Assembly: GCA_964252035.1 (NCBI GenBank)
Contig: OZ176205.1
Origin: Podarcis erhardii
Taxonomy: Eukaryota
Reading direction: 5' to 3' (one strand)
Length of the DNA stretch: 64,000 nt
Shown here: in pieces, positions 36,891 through 47,507 of the stretch
How the letters are laid out: every line of letters starts with the position of its first letter
Numbering within the stretch: the first letter of the stretch is position 1
Program-made: the position numbers and the translations under genes
Notes under the pieces: model-generated
Database searches by the model: none
What the model was told of the DNA's origin: nothing
What the model saw: the letters and a program-made list of their open reading frames with translations, nothing else

Positions 36891-39800
36891 GAAGTGATCT
36901 GGTGGTTTTGTGCATCATTTAGAGTCCCAAGTGAAAGGTTGACATTCATCATCTTAGCCTGGTACCTGGCCCACTTCAGACATTTGAAAGGAATGATGGG
37001 AAGCTGAACGACTGCTCTTGCTTTTGGACATCATACGCAGAAGGAGGATGTGCATCCTGAACATGGGACAGAGCAGTCACGTCCCTCCCTCTCACTTCCC
37101 ACACGACCTGGACACGTTTTCTAGGTTAAGAACACCAGAAGAGCCTATTGGATCTAAGCCAAGAGTCCATCAGATCCAACAGCCTGTTCTCACAGTGGCC
37201 ACCCAGAGGCAAGAGCATGGTCTCTTCTGAGGTTTCCAGCAACTGGTATTCCTGAGCATTACTGCCTCTGACCGTGGAAGGCTAGCAAGCAGTCTCAGCT
37301 CTAAGGCTCCTTACTCATGGCAAGGCAACTATGCCTTCCCTGCTAGCTTCATTATTGCGTAACTTCCCAGTGTAGCCACTAATGGGCATGCCATTAGTGT
37401 AACCACATTGCCTAATGCAAAGCCAAGTGTATCCCAGGGTGGGGTGGGGCGATGGACTTGCGTGGTTCTTTCCACCTTATTAATACATGCATACTCCATC
37501 CTAGGATTGTACTTGGTAGTTAGGGAAACTATTGCAACAGAGCCTGCTGAATCACACCAGTGGCCCATCTCATCCAGCATCGTGTTCTTACATTGGCCAA
37601 CCAGATGCCTGTGGGAGACCCACAAGCAGCACCTGAGCACAACCACCACCACTGGAATTCAACTATTCTGTAATCCTCTGATTTTATTAAATTGGGGTTT
37701 CCCATTGCTGATTAACTTGAGCAAATGTTTGAGCAAATATTAATTGCAGTATTCAGGATTTTCAGACAGGAAGGATAGATTAGATGTTAATGTGGAATGC
37801 CTAGATGCATCAGTTAATTGAGACATAAAAACCTCTGAAAAAATGCTTCCCTAGCAAGTAGGATAACTTGTGTAAGGATAACGTAAAAAGGCACGGTTCT
37901 GTGGAAGTTGTTTGATGCAGAAATCTGCCCCGAAGAGCCATTCACTAAATGGGTACAACATAAGATTTTCCTACATATCTTCTAGCTGAGCTACACCAGT
38001 CACAAATGTACAGCTGTCATTGTGCTGGGGGAACTGAACTCTGTTATGCAGAACTCAGTGGCCTAGTTTGCACATCACACTAAGGCAAATCATGGGTTAG
38101 TGTGATTGCATGGTCTTCTGGAGAGGAGAGTGCAAGTGCTTCACTCCTCCCTGGGTTTTTTTGCTGCTCCCCAAATGAACCATGAGCCATAAGCCATAGG
38201 ACAAGCCTTGGTTACCACTCATGATTAGTCTGGAGATAGTTAGACCATGAGTTCTGGTGCACCAGCAAAATGCCTGGGGAAGAGCAAAGTGTCAATGATC
38301 TCTACAATAGTTCCCACATTTGGGCTAAGCCATAGTTGATGCAAACCAGGCCAGTGACTGTATATCTTCTGCTTCAAACAGAGGATGAATGTCAATAGCA
38401 ACAGACAGAATTGGAGCTTTTTCTGTTTATAAACCTCTGGAAGCACTAGACTGCACCCTCTTAGCAGGATCATTACAACAGCTATGTGTCTTTTCTTTGC
38501 ACTTTATTTTTTGTTCTTTGTTGTCTAGAAGCAGAGACAAATATGCAGTCCCTAAGTTACTAATGTGCATAGAAAGTCATGTTTTCTCTTTCTCTCTGTC
38601 TTTCTCTTTCCCCCTGTGTACTTCTGTGCTTTTCAGGTTCCAGAGAAATCCAGGTCCAGTAGTTACCTTCATTCAGTTTTGTGAGACAATTTACAATAAA
38701 GCGGGGAGAAGAAATTGGCTGGTTCAAAACACATAGTGGCAAATTACCTTGTTTGCACCCTTCTAAGCAAAATGAACATGAGTGCAGATACAGCGTTGTC
38801 ACAAGGGACAAAATGCACACCACTTGTTTTAAAAAAAGGAAGCAACCCCAGAATGGCAACTTCTGCTTTGAAGGAAAAGCTCCCAGTCCAGTTTGAGGGC
38901 CCATGCAATTTTCAGCAAACAAGACCTGCAGTGGGAAATTACAACCAGGGGTGTGACTTCCAGTGGAAAATTGGTGCATGGTCCCAATTTGGATCAGGAA
39001 CATGATCTGAGTCAGCTTCCCACACAGATGCTTTTTTTTCAAACTGAAGCAACTAGCTTAATGTAATGTGTAGTTAGTCCTTCACCCCACCCCCAAAATG
39101 GTTTCTTGAAATTGTAATTACCCAGTCCCCCAAATACATTTTGAAGGTGTGGAGTCTGTGGTTTCTCAGGAGCACTAGGTGTTGTTGATGATGTGTGCAG
39201 TTTTTGTCTCTATAATGCCCTTCTCTTCCTTCTCTGTGCTCTCGTTGCTCTCCTTCTGTGTTGTTCTGTCTCCATCTTATCTGACTAACCTGGATGTCAA
39301 CTCACGGTAGGTCCTGATGCAAACGTCGCTTCCCTTTTAGGCTTAAAGGGACAAGGGAAAAGGGTTTAACTAACACACAATTCAAAGTTCTACGCAGGCT
39401 TTGTTAAGATGGTGGAGTTAATTGTGATATGGGACTTATACTGGGGAAGGTAAACAAATTTTTCTTACAAATTTTGGTTAAGGGGACATTAAATTCCTGC
39501 AAATCTACCCAGTTGTAAATGAGGTTGAGTGCAAAGTCTGTTTTGTGTTAATTGTTGGATAATGTGCATCATCAAATGAGTTTCTTAGCAGATCAATTTC
39601 TCTGTCAAGACAACAGACTTGTCCATACTTCTGCTTGTTCTGTGCTTGAGCTGAGCGGTTTTCCGCTTGCTCCTTTCCCAGGGAAATACTGCTCTTTAGC
39701 TTTAAATCGGAGCAAACAGCAATATGTGGAAAACCTGATTGAAGTTTGCTCTGATTAAGCAGTAAAGGTCGGGGGGGGGCGGGGAGCAGTGGGACAAGAA

Positions 39801-41034
39801 AGTGTGTGGATAAACTCCACAAGGTGAAATGAAACTCTGAATGAATTTGCATGTATTGGTGACCTGATTGTGTTTGCAAGAATTTTGTGGGGAAGGAACT
39901 AGTTTGAAAATATGCAGTACATTTGACCAAGTTAGATCAATGTATTTCGTTTTAAAGATGTGAATTGCTTGAACGAATAACATGTACATTGAGGGTATGT
40001 ATGCATGCATACAAATGTGCAAGTGTTCCAGTCCCATTTGTTTTATGCAAGGTACAAAAAGAGAATATTGGATTTAGGTGAAGCCCCTGTTTCATTTCCT
40101 AGGCACCAACCCCATAGTGAGCACCAGCCACCCTCTCACTAAAGCTACTGAACAGCCAGGCTCTTCCCTTGCTGCATCATGGCAACCCCACTTCCCATAA
40201 TCCTCTTGCCATAGATTGGTCCCCTTTGTACACAAACCACATAACAACAGTTCCATTGCTTACACTGTTCTCCTTGAAATCTCTCAGAGTTCACAGTTGC
40301 CAGAAAGCTAATCTTTATATTCTGAAAGTCAGAGCATTCAGCATTTATGCAGAAAATTACTGAGGTGTTAAATTTATGTAGCAGCTTATCAATATATATA
40401 CGGGGTAGTTTACAAGCAAATCAATATTAAATACAGCATGTAATAATAAAAATCAACACTAAGAAATTTCAGGCATCCAAAAAATAGACTTTTATTTGCA
40501 ACAGAAACAACAGAAACCATTTACAAACCAGAGTAAACTTCACTGGCCACAATAGTCCAGGGTTAGTTTAAAGTGCAATTAACAATAGTCTTAACTGAGC
40601 CGTGGGTTCTGTCTCTTCCTTTCACTAAATCTGCTGTCCAGTAGACCAGGGATAGGAGACCTGCGGCTCTCCAGATAAAGCGTGACTCTCATCTCTCATC
40701 CCTGACCATTGTCTGGGATTGATGTGAGTTCATCAACATTTGGATGGCCTCAGGCCTATAATCTCTGTAGTAGATTATGATGATGATTAATTCATTAATC
40801 CCTCTAAGGCAATAGACAGTTAAATAAAAATATGCAATAAAAACACCACATAAAACAGAACAAGACCATTACTAACAAAGTGGAATTTTAAATGCATCAA
40901 AATCCAGGTGCTACTGGATAGGCACTACTGTAGGTGCCACATAATGCCAAACCTCAGCAGGGAGCAAGAAGGACCAGGGAGGAGGAAAGTGGTTTTGAGT
41001 ATGACACCTTTCACATCAAGCCATGGTTTGCCTT

Positions 41035-41530
41035 ATTGTGATATGCGAACCAGGCCACCATCTGCCTTCATTTCTTTTGCCAAAATTCATGTTCCTTTTT
41101 ATTCTCTTCCTTTGGCAAAGGCTTCCATTTTCTGAAGGAAGCCTTTTGGATAGCTTCCTTGACTCTGCTGGCCTCCTCTTCGCTCCGGGGGCATCTTTCC
41201 TGACCTGTATGCAGTCTAGCCGAGCTTCTAGTTTTGAACAATCCCTACCCCCAATAATTTTAGATAGTTTTGACGCCTCTTGACTTTCCCTTTCAACTTC
41301 CCTTTTTACCAATCCCCTCATTTTGGGGGAATTTCCTCCTTCAAAGTTGGGCTTTGCCCACTGACATATATGTTGACTTTTTCACCACTAGGATTACTGT
41401 TACAATCTGGTCCAACAACCCTTATATCTTGTACCAGGTTCTGGGCACCACTTAAGATTAAGTCCAGGACCGCCACCCCTCTACCCAACGTTTCAATGAT
41501 TCCGTCATTTAGGGTATCTAGAAATTTTTA
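41035..41530 (-). mobile_element. CR1 LINE ORF2 fragment (endonuclease/linker)
   Basis: Minus-strand frameshifted translation gives FLDTLND..., AVLDLILSGAQNLVQDI and MRGLVKR, matching CR1 ORF2. Confidence 0.75.
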
Positions 41531-41807
41531 ACTCTTTATCGTGACTAGAATATGCCCAGTCTGTGTGGTGATGACTGAAGTCAGAGAGAGACGCCAAATT
41601 ATGAGCAAAATACTGATAAGGAACCTTAGGCTCCCCTTTCGACAACTCTCCTTTTCCTACTCCTGAAGTAACGCTTTATAGATTATGTACATGCATTTCA
41701 GTGCTTAGGCAAGGTATGGGAGAAAGGATATGCATGTGTGAAGGGGAACTAGGTTCTCAGTGCATGGTGTTCCTGTGCAAAACATTATGGTGTTGCTTCT
41801 CTTCCAG

Positions 41808-41936
41808 GACAAACAGGATGATGACGATGATGACGAAGAAGAAGGGGAAGGGGAGGGGGAACAGGAAGAGGAGAAGGAACCAGAGAACCTGGGCAAGCTG
41901 CAGTTCTCCCTAGACTATGACTTCCAGGCTAACCAG
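41808..41936 (+). CDS. SYT2: Synaptotagmin-2 coding exon 3 (acidic linker, start of C2A)
   Basis: [43 protein letters not shown]. Acceptor CTTCCAG ends at 41807 (alternative CAG ends at 41816). Donor CAG/GTAAGG, 129 nt. Confidence 0.96.
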
Positions 41937-43308
41937 GTAAGGCACCCAAATGGGGCGAGAGAGAAGGGGAAAGGCTATGCACCCAAAGCTGTTGGAGAGA
42001 TGTCACCCAATGGGAGAACAGTGATAGCAGAAGCAGTTAACACAGTTGGTAGCTATGTGTTATTTAGCCACACATGTCAGAGAGCCTCAGTGGCATTTTG
42101 ATTTTGAGGGAAAGCAGTTTCAGCGAGATGGCAGTATTGTTGAGAAGCAGTATATGTGAAAGAGAAGCTTTGCTCTTTCCCTGCCCACAGCTTTTCCACT
42201 ACAGACCCCCCTAAAGCTGATTTTTACCCTCACAAATGTACCAAGTGGAGGAGCTTGTGTGTGTGAAGGAAGAGTTATTTGAAGCAGGGAAGTTGAGGTT
42301 AGGAAAAGATTAAACATCCCCTTCTCCCATTCCAAATTCTCACACACTGCTTTTCCTTTAAAATCAGTGGCATGCAATTTTATGCTCTTTTTCTTTTACA
42401 GACCAGGTGATGGAATAATGGTGCTTTCCCAGTATACTTTTATTTGTAAGAAGTAATGAGAATGGCTATCTCTTGATGGTTAATGGGGTAATCAGCTTCA
42501 TGGGCATGACATAGTGGCCAATGGATTTATAGGCCCAGTTTGTGCATGGTGCTAAGCCAAACATACTGACTTAGCATGACAAAATGTGTAAGCTCCAGAA
42601 AAATGTTTGAAGTTGCTTGGCTCCTCTGGTTGTTTTGCTGCTGCACTAGTCAAAGCCGTGGTTTGGCTTAGCATTTTATCCAAGCCTGGCTTGCAGTTTT
42701 GGTTTCTCAACAAATAATGAGCTTTAGCCGAAGTTTGCCCTGTGGTTTACAGCTCATGGTTTATCTGGGAAGGCTGAACTACAAACGCAAGTTTGGGTGA
42801 TATGTTAAGTGAAATCATGGCTTGGCTCAGTTTGGTACAGCATCTAAGCAACCAGAAGGACTGGCTGAAATCTCTCCCAGAGACTGCTTGTTTGGGCTGA
42901 ATAATGGTTTGTTTCAATGTTACAGAAGGGTAGTGTCTGTATTTATTGCAAGCATACTGAAACAGGAACACATTGTTAGTTGCTGCTTTTCATTCTTTGT
43001 CATTATTTCACTTACTAAATTACTATACTGCCCTTCTTCCTAGGGCGGTTTACACTGTACAGTTATGTATTTTATATATCATAGCAATAAACTAAACTAA
43101 ATAAGATGGTATTGCTAGGCGAATTGAAGAAGAACACCTGTGAGTGTAACACAAAAGAGAAGGACAACGTAGGGCATCTAGCAAGAGCAGAAGGAAGGTG
43201 ACAGTTCATATTAGTTCTGAGGCCAATTTCCTTCTCTGTGCATTGTGCTGTTTGGCATGTGGCCTTGCAAAGCCATTTCATTTCCTAAGACCTATTTTTC
43301 CCTGACAG

Positions 43309-43476
43309 CTCACAGTAGGGATCCTCCAAGCAGCTGAGCTCCCAGCACTGGACATGGGGGGCACATCTGACCCTTACGTCAAAGTCTTCCTGCTTCCTGA
43401 CAAGAAAAAGAAGTTTGAGACCAAAGTGCAAAAGAAGACCCTTAACCCAACCTACAATGAGACCTTTGTCTTCAAG
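43309..43476 (+). CDS. SYT2: Synaptotagmin-2 coding exon 4 (C2A)
   Basis: [60 protein letters not shown] boundaries, 168 nt. Confidence 0.97.
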
Positions 43477-43733
43477 GTGAGACTTCTGTTGGCCTAGGCA
43501 TCCTCTGCAGAGGATATACTGCACACTGACATATTTGTGGTAGCCCCCAGAGAGAAAGAAAGAAGCACTGCAGGGAGCAATGCCCAGTGTCGCTCGGAGA
43601 AAAATGGGGGGAAATTACTGGCAATCGAAACAAAATGTATTATTGGGCAAGATTATTCCAACAGCCTCTTAAGAGAGTTTGTTCCGGGTGCCAAAGCAGT
43701 TATTGAACCACAGTCCTCTGTTCTGTGTAACAG

Positions 43734-43901
43734 ATTCCGTATCAGGAGCTGGGTGGCAAGACGTTGGTGATGGCTATCTATGACTTCGACCGTTTCTCCA
43801 AACATGACATCATTGGAGAAGTCAAGGTGCCCATGAACACGGTGGACCTGGGGCAGCCCATTGAAGAATGGAGAGATCTGGAGAGTGCAGAAAAAGAGGA
43901 G
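43734..43901 (+). CDS. SYT2: Synaptotagmin-2 coding exon 5 (C2A end), GC donor
   Basis: [56 protein letters not shown]. Donor GAG/GCAAGG, 168 nt. Confidence 0.95.
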
Positions 43902-44557
43902 GCAAGGAGCTGATGGAACTGGAAGCATCTTGTTTTCTTTCATTGCCTTTTGCTGCTGTTTTTTTCAATTACGTTACTTTTTTTTTACCTCAGCTGTGCA
44001 ATTGTGGGTAGTGATACTTAGCACTGTATGAAGGAGCCCCACACAGAAGGTGAATTTTGCTAAGTTTCCTGAGGTCTTTGGTAGGAGGTTGGCATTGGAG
44101 AAATGCAGATTTAGAAGGCTTAGGTTCTTGCTGGGCTGAGCTGCCTTCTTTAAGGAAACCCTCAGTCTCTCAGCAGAGCATCTCTGCACCTCAGCCTTCT
44201 GCTACTAAGTGGTCTTTGTGGAAGATCATTTGCCTCTTGTCAGTATCTAAGGACTGGAAACTGATTGGTCAAGTCTAAAAACCAAGTTCTCTACTGCCTA
44301 GCTGGAAGAATAAGGTCTTGGATTTAAAAAAATGTAGCATTCATAAGTCAAAAGTGATGCATATTGGTGTGTGCGTTTGTGATGGTGGGGAATCCCTAAA
44401 CCCTAACTACATATAAACAATGTTGAGTCCAAAATTGGCTATTTATTACTTTTCAGGAAATAAATCTTAACATCATTATGGGGTTTCTCACCTCAATGAT
44501 TTCCGAGGGGTGGAGGAACTTGTTATTCCTCCTGCCTTAGACTGGAGCTGTGCATCC

Positions 44558-44750
44558 AGCCCGTGTGGTATAGAGGTTAGTGCGTTGGACTAGGACCTGT
44601 AAAACCAGGTCAGTCAGGAACCACTCTGGGTGATTGGACTAGGACCTGTAAAACCACTCAGTCAGGAACCCTCTGGGTGATTTTGAGCCAGTCGCTATCT
44701 CTCAGCCTAACCTACCTCACAGGGTTGCTGTGAAGATAACATAGAGAAGG
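44558..44750 (+). mobile_element. tRNA-derived SINE (MIR-like) with internal ~48-bp tandem duplication
   Basis: GTGTGGTATAGAGGTTAGTGCGTTGGACTAGGACC head and CTCTCAGCCTAACCTACCTCACAGGGTTGCTGTGAAGATAA body. Confidence 0.7.
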
Positions 44751-45355
44751 TAATAAATTTATGTCACCTTGACCCCTTGAAGGAACGGGGAGATCTAAAT
44801 GTAATAATAACTAAAAATGCATAAAGACAGCTCATTGTACTTTGAATGTATTGTCTGCTGTTCCTCTGGTTTTAGTATTAATGCCTGTGTATAAGCGTAC
44901 CAAAATATGGAGTAATCTCGCTGTTATTTATTCAATTTCTCACCCACCCTTCACCATAAAGTCCCAGGGTGGGTTACAGCAATTTATAAATGCAATATTA
45001 AAATAAGTTAGAAACAAATTACGGTCAAGCGAATAGGACGGTCCTTAAAGTATATATCTCAAATGTCAAAGGCCAAGATAAAGAGGTGCATCTTCAGCAT
45101 GTGACAGACAACATAAGGAAGGTGTCAGATGCTTCTCCTGCTCCTGACACCAGGTCCTTTGCTTTCCTGGCTGGAGGAGGCGATGGTGGCCATAGTTGTA
45201 ATGACAGGGCAACATTCAAATTATTTGTCTGCTAGACGGTGAGAAGGGGCAGTGTGAACAGGGCAGTTGTGTTATGCCATGACTTAGGACTCTGAACTTT
45301 TATTGGCGCTGAGTAGAACTCCAGATTTCATTGCTCTCCCTGTTTCCCTCAACAG

Positions 45356-45473
45356 CCAGAGAAACTGGGAGACATCTGTATCTCATTACGGTATGTTCCC
45401 ACTGCCGGGAAACTCACTGTCTGCATCCTGGAGGCCAAGAACTTGAAAAAGATGGATGTCGGAGGACTTTCAG
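45356..45473 (+). CDS. SYT2: Synaptotagmin-2 coding exon 6 (C2B start)
   Basis: [39 protein letters not shown]. Donor CAG/GTGAGT, 118 nt. Confidence 0.97.
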
Positions 45474-45969
45474 GTGAGTGCAGAACAACTTCATGCCCAC
45501 CAGATGGCACCTCAGAGCCAGGACCAAAGGATTTTCTGGGCATTTTTGCACAATGAGGCATAAAGTAGTTCTTACTTTCATTGCTTTGTAATATGAATGT
45601 ATAACCCACACCTGCCAAAATGCTGTTCTTCCTCTTTCTCTATATTATTCCTCTTAATTACTTTATTTTGATTTGGGGGTTTTTTAACCTGCCCTTCACT
45701 CTAAGGTCTCAGAGTTCCTTTTTTGGGGGGGGGGTCCCATGGCCTCTTGTTGCTTAAGTCTGAGTGACACTAGCTTCCCATACGGCTGTGACCATTTATA
45801 GCTATGGCTTCTTGACCCACCCACCCCAAAAGGGAGAGTCGTACTGGTGTAGTTGAAATACCTGCAACTGTATGGAAAGTTGCTTTCTTCAGCTTCCTGC
45901 ATAGGACTGTGGCCATTTCAATCTTGAGATGTCAGCCATTCCACTAGAGAAGCGTGAACCAGCCTTATG

Positions 45970-46170
45970 CTGCCCCAGGACGTGAGGAAAACCTGCTGGG
46001 TCAGGCCAAAGGCTCCTCTAGTCCAGCATCCTGTTCTCCCAGTGGCAAACCAGATGCCTGTGAGAAGCCCACAAGCATCCCCTGAGCTGAGGAAAGCACT
46101 TTCCCCACTTGCGATTCCACACGGTGGAAGTAGAGCGCAGCCATCATTGCTAGTAGCCTTGTGCTCCATG
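45970..46170 (-). mobile_element. CR1-type 3' tail remnant
   Basis: CTGCTGGGTCAGGCCAAAGG..CTAGTCCAGCATCCTGTTCTCCCAGTGGCAAACCAGATGCCTGTG is the reverse complement of the tail at 16430-16520. Similar remnants lie at ~6555-6660, 37129-37280 and 37560-37660. Confidence 0.65.
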
Positions 46171-46453
46171 CATTTGTCTAAGCCTCTTATCCCAAGTTGG
46201 TGGGTATCTTGAGCTTTTACAAAAGAGATAAGAACTCTCTGGGAAGAGGAGGAGGATCCACAGGAAATGCATCCTACATAAGTGGCTCAAAACGACCAAC
46301 GATTCCAGATTATGAAGCAAAAAGTTAATGGCATCTCTGTCTGTCCTGTTCCTCTGTGCACCATGGCTAATTCCTAGCTGTTTCCCCTTGAGGTTTCCTT
46401 TCAGTGTGTGTTAGCTGCCTGCGAAGTCTGAACTGCTTAGCCTTGCTTTTCAG

Positions 46454-46587
46454 ATCCCTATGTGAAGATCCACCTGCTGCAGAATGGCAAGAGGCTCAAG
46501 AAGAAGAAGACCACCGTCAAGAAGAAGACTCTGAACCCCTATTTCAACGAGTCGTTCAGCTTTGAAATCCCCTTTGAGCAGATACAG
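46454..46587 (+). CDS. SYT2: Synaptotagmin-2 coding exon 7 (C2B polybasic region)
   Basis: [45 protein letters not shown]. Weak donor CAG/GTTCAC, 134 nt. Confidence 0.95.
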
Positions 46588-46849
46588 GTTCACCTGCTTC
46601 TCACTTGAGGGAGTTTGGGGGAGGGCCATGCAAAGGGCTCCCAGGTCACTGAGCTCATCCGTGGGCTGATAAAGTTCTCTGCCATCTTACCTGTATCATG
46701 TGATCTTATGTTGGCCTCTCAAAGTGCATAGGCCAAATCTCTGAATAGTCTAGCCTCATTTCCTCCCTGTTGGCAATGGAAGGGGAATGTTCTCAAGGGA
46801 TAAGCTTTAAAAAGCTTGGTGAGTTTTGTACAGGGTGAATCCTGTAAAA

Positions 46850-46985
46850 CAGTGTTTCCCAACCTTGGGCCTCCAGATGTTTTTGGCCTACAACTCCCAT
46901 CATCCCTAGCTAGCAAGACCAGTGGTCAGGGATGATGGGAATTGTAGTTCAAAAACAGCTGGAGGCCCAAGGTTGGGAAACACTG
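46850..46985. mobile_element. hAT-type palindromic MITE, 136 bp (same family as 14110-14245)
   Basis: TIRs CAGTGTTTCCCAACCTTGGGCCTCCAG / CTGGAGGCCCAAGGTTGGGAAACACTG. 8-bp TSD CTGTAAAA at 46842-46849 and 46986-46993. Confidence 0.92.
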
Positions 46986-47255
46986 CTGTAAAAGATTTGA
47001 TTTAAGTTAGGCATTTTTTTAACAAGTCCAGGCCTGATCGGTCCAACCATTCTCTGATGAGGGACATGTTTTGTACTGCACTTATTTTATTTCTTTACTA
47101 CATTTATATCTCCCCTTTTCCTCTGAGGAGATAAAGGCATCATAGATGATTCCCCCTCCCCCTTCCCCTTTTATCCCCACAGCAACACTTTGTGATAACA
47201 AAATAAAAAAATTCCTTCCCAGTAGCACCTTAAAGACCAACTAAGTTAGTTCTTG

Positions 47256-47293
47256 GTATGAGCTTTCGTGTGCATGCACACTTCTTCAGATAC
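47256..47293 (-). ncRNA. Minimal hammerhead ribozyme motif (antisense copy)
   Basis: Reverse complement of 47470-47507. Confidence 0.65.
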
Positions 47294-47469
47294 ACTGAAA
47301 CAGAAGTCACCAGACCCTTCTATATAGTGAGAAGGTGGGGAGGTGTATTACTCAGAAGGGTGGTGGGAATGGGTGATTGATTCCCACCACCCATTCCCGC
47401 CACCCTTCTGAGTAATACCCCTCCCCACCTTCTCACTATATAGAAGGGTCTGGTGACTTCTGTTTCAGT

Positions 47470-47507
47470 GTATCTGAAGAAGTGTGCATGCACACGAAAG
47501 CTCATAC
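47470..47507 (+). ncRNA. Minimal type I hammerhead ribozyme motif
   Basis: Stem I GUAU/AUAC, core CUGAAGA(A), stem II GUGUG-CAUG-CACAC, GAAA-G-C-UC. Predicted cleavage after 47503. Confidence 0.75.

Noticed and set aside
42381-42412. Possible 5-nt microexon TTTTACAG|ACCAG|GTGATG
   Set aside because: It would frameshift C2A, the donor is mediocre and there is no supporting evidence.
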